Source: a virus
Lineage: Duplodnaviria; Caudoviricetes
Virus record (IMG/VR): IMGVR_UViG_3300035517_000038
Coordinates: 32,001-96,000 of that record
DNA: 64,000 bases
Strand: one strand, 5' to 3'
This document shows, one piece after another, positions 59,099 through 64,000 of this stretch. The number at the start of each line of letters is the position of its first letter. Position 1 is the first letter of the stretch. Position numbers and translations under genes: made by a program. A model generated the notes under the pieces. The model was not told the origin of the DNA and searched no databases. It saw only the letters and a program-made list of their open reading frames with translations.

Positions 59099-59450
59099 AT
59101 AAATAGATTAAGACTGCTACTATACTAATGGATAATTCTCCAATAAATAGGGTTCGACACTCTAAACCATTACAACAAATATATGATGCAATACAATCAT
59201 ACAAATAAATACTGATTATATAATAAAGAGGTATTCGATGAATCCAACAGTATTTAAATATATATGACATATAAAGAAGAATTGTGGCAGAGAATATTGA
59301 TGGTGATATAGCTTTATAAAAAATACCAGATGCAACACCTTTATATACTGCCACAATTCTTATAAAAACAAGGAAGGCAAGGAAAAGTGGTTTATATTTT
59401 ACAAAAAGTAAAAATAATTTATACTCCTTCTTGTTAATCCTAGCACTCAT
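59061..59450 (-). CDS. Small multi-pass membrane protein
   Basis: About four hydrophobic segments; FKYCWIHRIP; overlaps the HTH gene. Confidence 0.7.
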   Translation of the reverse strand: MSARINKKEYKLFLLFVKYKPLFLAFLVFIRIVAVYKGVASGIFYKAISPSIFSATILLYMSYIFKYCWIHRIPLYYIISIYLYDCIASYICCNGLECRTLFIGELSISIVAVLIYLCGNDKDNKKFIV

Positions 59451-59474
59451 GGCTTCTTCTACTTACAAAAACAA

Positions 59475-59948
59475 CTACTCTTTCTTAGTTCTTTTAGCTC
59501 TACCTACAGTCATCAGTTTATCAATCTCTTTTCTAAGAGTTTGATTCTCTAATCTTAAAGATTGATTCTCGGCTTTAGTTTTATCAGCTTCTTCCTTTAC
59601 TGCTTTAATTAAATCAATCTCATGCTGCAGACGTTTTTTCTCTGCCTTAAGAGTTTCCACATCTTTCTTCAGGCTAGCATTTTCAGCTTTGTTATTAGCA
59701 ATAGCAATTCTCATTTGGCTATTCTCTGCTTCTAACTTCTTTTGATTTTCTACAAGCCCTTCAATTTGGTCAAGATAATCATTAAGGCGAGCCTTTTTAT
59801 CATCATCCATATCCTTATAGAAATCTAAGCTGTTCTGCATATTCTGAATATTGCTGCTCTCAACCTCACTTGTATATTTACGCTTGGTAATAAGATGAGT
59901 TAAAAAAGCAACCACAACACCAACAACTCCCGTAATAACTGTTTCCAT
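59475..59948 (-). CDS. Membrane-anchored coiled-coil protein (lysis module; holin/spanin-like)
   Basis: N-terminal TM segment followed by long heptad repeats; next to a lipoprotein gene. Confidence 0.55.
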   Translation of the reverse strand: METVITGVVGVVVAFLTHLITKRKYTSEVESSNIQNMQNSLDFYKDMDDDKKARLNDYLDQIEGLVENQKKLEAENSQMRIAIANNKAENASLKKDVETLKAEKKRLQHEIDLIKAVKEEADKTKAENQSLRLENQTLRKEIDKLMTVGRAKRTKKE

Positions 59949-59950
59949 AA

Positions 59951-60364
59951 TTACTTTTTGATTAATGTGTATAACTTAATAGATACTAGGATAGTGGCAG
60001 CAATACCTAAATACATAAACATTGTTTGCCACCAATATAACTTATTCACTTCTTTAGTTTCTGTAATAGTAGTTGTAATAGGAACAGGCACCTGTATAGA
60101 GTCTGTTTTCCTAATAGTATCATAGACAGTCTTTAGTTTATATTTCTCAATATATTTAGTCTTAAATACAGTATCATTTCTACTCTCAATATAGATAGAA
60201 TCCCTAAGGTATATGCTATCATATGCTACTGTATTTATATATTCCGTTCTTATTGTCTCTACCTCTACTGGAGTTTCAATAATCCTCGTACTCCCACAAG
60301 AGGTAAAGAGGATAGCTATAAGGACTAAGATAGTCCCTATAGCCATAAGCCTCAATGATTTCAT
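59951..60364 (-). CDS. Lipoprotein with C-terminal TM (unimolecular spanin-like)
   Basis: Lipobox LFTSC; DSIY/DTV repeats; C-terminal hydrophobic helix. Confidence 0.65.
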   Translation of the reverse strand: MKSLRLMAIGTILVLIAILFTSCGSTRIIETPVEVETIRTEYINTVAYDSIYLRDSIYIESRNDTVFKTKYIEKYKLKTVYDTIRKTDSIQVPVPITTTITETKEVNKLYWWQTMFMYLGIAATILVSIKLYTLIKK

Positions 60365-60813
60365 TGAATTGTGATAGTTAAATTATTCTTATCCTTTGCA
60401 AGTTTCTCATAAAGCTTCTTAAAGGTAGCAGTGCTATTATTAACTTGCCCTTTAGTCTTATTCTCACCTACAAGGATACAGCCTAAAGTATCTGCTGGTT
60501 TATTACCTACGTGAATTAATACACCATCATAAGCTGGTACATCAATTAATCTAGGTAGCTTACCTCCGCAAAATGTAGCCCAAGACTTACTAGCAAACTT
60601 AGGGCTTACAACATCCATAGTAATCTTGTAAGTTCCAGTAGGGATAGCAGTTTCGCCATATACCTTCTTAGACTTAAGAGTAGCTAAAGGGTCACTCTGC
60701 TTAAGACCTCTATCAGTATCTTCAAGAGTATCGCAGAAATAAGCACCATCTATATAGAGCTTACCTATAGTATAAGAAGCTTTTTTATACTTACGTTCAA
60801 GCGTTATCTTCAT
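60361..60813 (-). CDS. DUF5675-family protein (putative endolysin/peptidoglycan enzyme)
   Basis: YTIGKLYIDG.YFCDTLED, TAIPTGTY, GVLIHVGN..DTLGCILVG. Confidence 0.8.
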   Translation of the reverse strand: MKITLERKYKKASYTIGKLYIDGAYFCDTLEDTDRGLKQSDPLATLKSKKVYGETAIPTGTYKITMDVVSPKFASKSWATFCGGKLPRLIDVPAYDGVLIHVGNKPADTLGCILVGENKTKGQVNNSTATFKKLYEKLAKDKNNLTITIQ

Positions 60814-61060
60814 CTTCTACAATAAAGTCACCGTTCATCATTTTCTCATATTCTTCCTGCCTAGCTTTCTCCCTAGCACTCTGCTGAGCTTGTTTCTCAG
60901 CTTGATACTCTGAATACTCCTCTGAGGTAATGAGTTTCCAATTATCCTCAGAATCATTAGCAGCAAGATGAACGGTCTTAGCTAACACTCTAAATCGAAT
61001 TTCTACATCTTCTACCTGAGTATAATATTGATTCTCAGGTGCTTCTAAAGTTATAATCAT
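60797..61060 (-). CDS. Small protein downstream of the LRR genes (fibre chaperone-like)
   Basis: YYTQ...VHLAANDSEDNWKLIT; function inferred from position only. Confidence 0.55.
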   Translation of the reverse strand: MIITLEAPENQYYTQVEDVEIRFRVLAKTVHLAANDSEDNWKLITSEEYSEYQAEKQAQQSAREKARQEEYEKMMNGDFIVEDEDNA

Positions 61061-61077
61061 AATATTTTAAGTTTTAA

Positions 61078-62307
61078 TTATTCGGATACTGTAATTGTGT
61101 AACCTTTAGCAGAGGCTTCTTGGGCAAAAGAAGAATATCTAGCTGCTACTGCATTATAGGTATTTGTGGATAAAACAACTGTACAAGCACTATAACCAGC
61201 AGCCGCTCTATCATATGAATAAGTTACTATACTATCATAAACAGATTGTGCTGAAGTACCAGTACCTGTACCCCAAGCAGTTAATGGAGAAAAATCCAAA
61301 CTTGTACAACTTGAAGAAGTTCCTAATTCTTTAAATGTGCAAGTGTTTAAAGTGGTACTCTGGAAATAAGATGCAGATATAACAGATGGTATTGTAATAC
61401 TCCCCATAGATGTAACTCTATGTCTATTAGTTAGTGCGTATTCTAGATACTTAACTGAAGATATGTCAATATCTTTTACAGTATAAGCAGATAATGGAAT
61501 TACATCCATAATATCAGTAGCTGCAGGAAATGATAAATTGGGTAACTCTCTGATATTAGTATCTTCAAATAAGCCTGAGACTGAAGTAGCATTAGGCGCA
61601 TTTATACTAGAAAATTTTGTAAGGCTATAACACCTACTAAACATATAACTAATATCAGTAGCTTTTGGTAAACTTATGCTCCCTATAGTATTTAAATTTA
61701 CACAATCCATAAACATACCAGGAGCTTTTATACAATTTTCTAAAGTTACATTACCAACAGTAGTCAGGTATTTACAATTACTAAAAGTATAAGAAGCATC
61801 TGTAACTAGAGGCATATTAACAAAATTAGGAACAGATTTAATGTTAGAATATGCAAAAGAATACTGAATACCCAAAGTATTAATAGGTAAAATCCATTCA
61901 GGAAACTCTTCTAAAGAGGTTTTATAAAAAGCATAATCAAATCCCTGGGTAATCTTTATATTATAATTAGGTATGTACTTAAGATTAGTACAGTTCATAA
62001 AATTAATACCAAGACCCTTACTAATATCCTGCATAGGAGCATATACCATAGTTGAATTATTTGTTATTTTATAAGTACCATCTGTAGTAGTTAATTTTAA
62101 ACCCGCGCTAGCTGCTATATCTGCCTTTAATTTATCATACAAAGTGCTATCATACCCAAGTACCTCATAAGGGTCTGTATCTATAACAGCTTCATCTACC
62201 TTAGTAGGATACTCTGAAAATTTATCCCCTACTTCAATACCTTTATTATTAAGAGCTGTTTTAAGCTCTTCCTTTATACTTAATATTTGTTCAGCTTTTT
62301 CTTTCAT
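61078..62307 (-). CDS. BspA/DUF285-like repeat protein (putative receptor-binding/fibre)
   Basis: Repeats of about 23 aa (ASYTFSNCKYLT, PGMFMDCVNLN, SYMFSRCYSLT). Confidence 0.75.
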   Translation of the reverse strand: MKEKAEQILSIKEELKTALNNKGIEVGDKFSEYPTKVDEAVIDTDPYEVLGYDSTLYDKLKADIAASAGLKLTTTDGTYKITNNSTMVYAPMQDISKGLGINFMNCTNLKYIPNYNIKITQGFDYAFYKTSLEEFPEWILPINTLGIQYSFAYSNIKSVPNFVNMPLVTDASYTFSNCKYLTTVGNVTLENCIKAPGMFMDCVNLNTIGSISLPKATDISYMFSRCYSLTKFSSINAPNATSVSGLFEDTNIRELPNLSFPAATDIMDVIPLSAYTVKDIDISSVKYLEYALTNRHRVTSMGSITIPSVISASYFQSTTLNTCTFKELGTSSSCTSLDFSPLTAWGTGTGTSAQSVYDSIVTYSYDRAAAGYSACTVVLSTNTYNAVAARYSSFAQEASAKGYTITVSE

Positions 62308-62308
62308 A

Positions 62309-63610
62309 TTATCCTAAGACTTGAGTAAGTATTTTATCAGTTTCATCAATCTCAGTAGCTAAAGTAGCTCTATCTTCAACAAGAACAACTGAGTAGCCTT
62401 TATTATTCATAGTGGTTATATGGTCAGCAGTAAGACAGTTATAAGCATAAGGTGCTAATAATACTGTGCAAGTATCATAACCAGCAGCTGCTCTATCAAA
62501 GCTACCATTAACCAAAGTCTCAATTACAGACTCTGATGGAGTGTATTTACAATAATCTTTATGGTCTCTTAAATAATAGTATTCTTCATCATTGCCCCAA
62601 GCAAGTAATTCATTCATATAAGCAACCGTGCATTTTGAATTAGTGCCAAACCCTCTAAAATAACAAGAGCTTAAAGTGTTATTACCGTGGTTATATCCTG
62701 CATAAGTCCATCCTTCATAAAAACCAGCCATACCTGAAATATCAAAGAAATCAGTTACTGCTTCAAGATTACCACCTTCGTGAATTACTTGATAGGCGTC
62801 TGAGCATTTGGGAATATTAATAGATTTAAGTCTATTTACTCTACTAACATCATATAATTGATAGCATTGTGTACATAGAGGTAAATCTATTTCTCCATCA
62901 GTTTGAGAATAACTTAAATAGCCAGCCATTGTAACATTAGGAAAATGCTCACTATCAATAGGTGGATATTCATTTAAAGAACTACAATTATTAAACAAAC
63001 CAATTAGAGTACGACATTTAGGAGCATATATCTCACCTACTTTAGTAAGCAAGTGGCAACCTCTGAATACAAATTGTAATTGCCGAGCAGCAGGAAAAGT
63101 AGTAGCAGGAAATTCCTTTAAATGAGAATATTGAAAGGCTTGATTCATCAAAGTACAAGCACTATAGTCAATATCCTTAGGCGGTGTTTCTATTGCTGTA
63201 CTATCAAATAGGCTAATCATATAAGTAGGGGCAAAGCCCTTAGGCCATTGGACATACTTAAGTTTAGGAAAACCATTCATATACCCAAATGTAATAGCAG
63301 TACAACCTTCAGGTACTGTAATCTCAGGAAAATATACTACATCATCATCTCCATCAAAATGAGCAATTACGTGGGTACCATCAGTAACAAAAGTTCTTTT
63401 TGTATAAGTAAGCTCCTTATTACTATTCTTAATATCCTGTTTAAGTTCTTCCCACAGAGTACTATCATAACCTAAATCTTCCCAAGGATTAAAGTTATCA
63501 ACAGCAGTAGGGTAATCCTCAAATTTATCTCCTACCTTTATCCCCTGGTTATTCAGAGATTCCTTGAGGTTATTCTTGATTTCTATAATCTTATCTACTT
63601 TTTTTATCAT
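62309..63610 (-). CDS. BspA/DUF285-like repeat protein, paralog of 61078-62307
   Basis: VFRGCHLLT, LFNNCSSLN repeats; shared N- and C-termini with the paralog. Confidence 0.75.
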   Translation of the reverse strand: MIKKVDKIIEIKNNLKESLNNQGIKVGDKFEDYPTAVDNFNPWEDLGYDSTLWEELKQDIKNSNKELTYTKRTFVTDGTHVIAHFDGDDDVVYFPEITVPEGCTAITFGYMNGFPKLKYVQWPKGFAPTYMISLFDSTAIETPPKDIDYSACTLMNQAFQYSHLKEFPATTFPAARQLQFVFRGCHLLTKVGEIYAPKCRTLIGLFNNCSSLNEYPPIDSEHFPNVTMAGYLSYSQTDGEIDLPLCTQCYQLYDVSRVNRLKSINIPKCSDAYQVIHEGGNLEAVTDFFDISGMAGFYEGWTYAGYNHGNNTLSSCYFRGFGTNSKCTVAYMNELLAWGNDEEYYYLRDHKDYCKYTPSESVIETLVNGSFDRAAAGYDTCTVLLAPYAYNCLTADHITTMNNKGYSVVLVEDRATLATEIDETDKILTQVLG

Positions 63611-63819
63611 ACTCCAAGAATAATATCAAGTTTACTATCTACAGTTTCTAAAGTTGATACTCTCTTTTCTAAATCAGAAATATCCAAATCTTCAGAACTT
63701 CCTTGTCCTGTAATAGCCCTCCAGCCATTACTCCAGTATTTTAAAACCCCATTACTCAACCATAAAACATGAGTGTTATTAGGTTCATGCCTTGAGTTTT
63801 CAATATAGTCAATTCTCAT
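63607..63819 (-). CDS. Hypothetical 70-aa protein
   Basis: MRIDYIENSRHEPNNTHVLWL..LKYWSNGW; start moved downstream of the hairpin. Confidence 0.65.
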   Translation of the reverse strand: MRIDYIENSRHEPNNTHVLWLSNGVLKYWSNGWRAITGQGSSEDLDISDLEKRVSTLETVDSKLDIILGV

Positions 63820-63831
63820 AATATATAAAAT

Positions 63832-63905
63832 AAAAAAAAATAACTTTGCCTTTGGGTAGGTCATACCTAGAGGCAAAGTTACTTAAAATTACTCTATTAC
63901 ACAAG
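63832..63905 (-). promoter_or_regulatory. Promoter whose -7 box is the 5' arm of a terminator hairpin
   Basis: CTTG-N20-TAACTTTG; TAACTTTGCCT...AGGCAAAGTTA inverted repeat followed by T9. Confidence 0.7.
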
Positions 63906-64000
63906 TATTACAACAATTCTATAATCTATGTATAAGTATTTTACTTATACTAAAATTCAGGATATGTTCTATCACTATAGTAATAATTGTAAGCTGATTC

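Noticed and set aside
55290-63610. Diversity-generating retroelement acting on the paralogous genes
   Set aside because: No reverse transcriptase and no near-identical repeat pair differing at adenines were seen.
63930-63950. AT-rich hairpin GTATAAGTA-TTT-TACTTATAC
   Set aside because: It is weak and lies at the window edge, with no context to assign a function.
1-64000. Stop-codon reassignment, as in some crAss-like phages
   Set aside because: Genes up to 9.8 kb are open in code 11, TAG and TGA end genes at sensible positions, and introns explain all fragmentation.
1-64000. tRNA genes, rRNA or CRISPR arrays
   Set aside because: Intergenic spaces are short and explained by terminators, promoters or intron cores; no cloverleaf or spaced repeats were seen by eye.

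Overview
This is a 64-kb AT-rich segment of a crAss-like phage (Crassvirales). The spliced major capsid protein closely resembles my recollection of the PhiCrAss001 MCP, pointing to the beta group/Steigviridae and a Bacteroidota host. The standard genetic code is used. Left (+ strand, 1-10.4 kb): the end of the replication and nucleotide-metabolism module (class II RNR, dUTPase, aspartic protease, family A DNA polymerase, DUF3310, thioredoxin, ThyX). Centre (10.5-37.2 kb): giant virion-delivered cargo genes converging on a bidirectional terminator. They include the single-chain virion RNA polymerase (DFDVD), which has an N-terminal NADAR-like domain, and a 3260-aa polyvalent protein with zincin and ADP-ribosyltransferase-like domains. 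Right (- strand): muzzle/ring/auxiliary capsid genes, MCP, scaffold-like gene, an unexplained cassette with its own promoter (52.6-59.5 kb), lysis-type genes and two paralogous LRR/DUF285-like proteins. Five group I introns with homing endonucleases can be mapped by hand: one in nrdJ (3' end only), one in polA and three in the MCP gene. Splicing the MCP introns restores a 504-aa protein. The best candidates for a new system are (1) the 52.6-59.5 kb cassette, with an HTH gene, a palindrome at the promoter, a Gly-zipper/coiled-coil lead gene and three novel paralogous genes, and (2) the ART-like and NADAR-like domains carried by different injected proteins. All homology calls come from motif recognition by eye; no searches were run.
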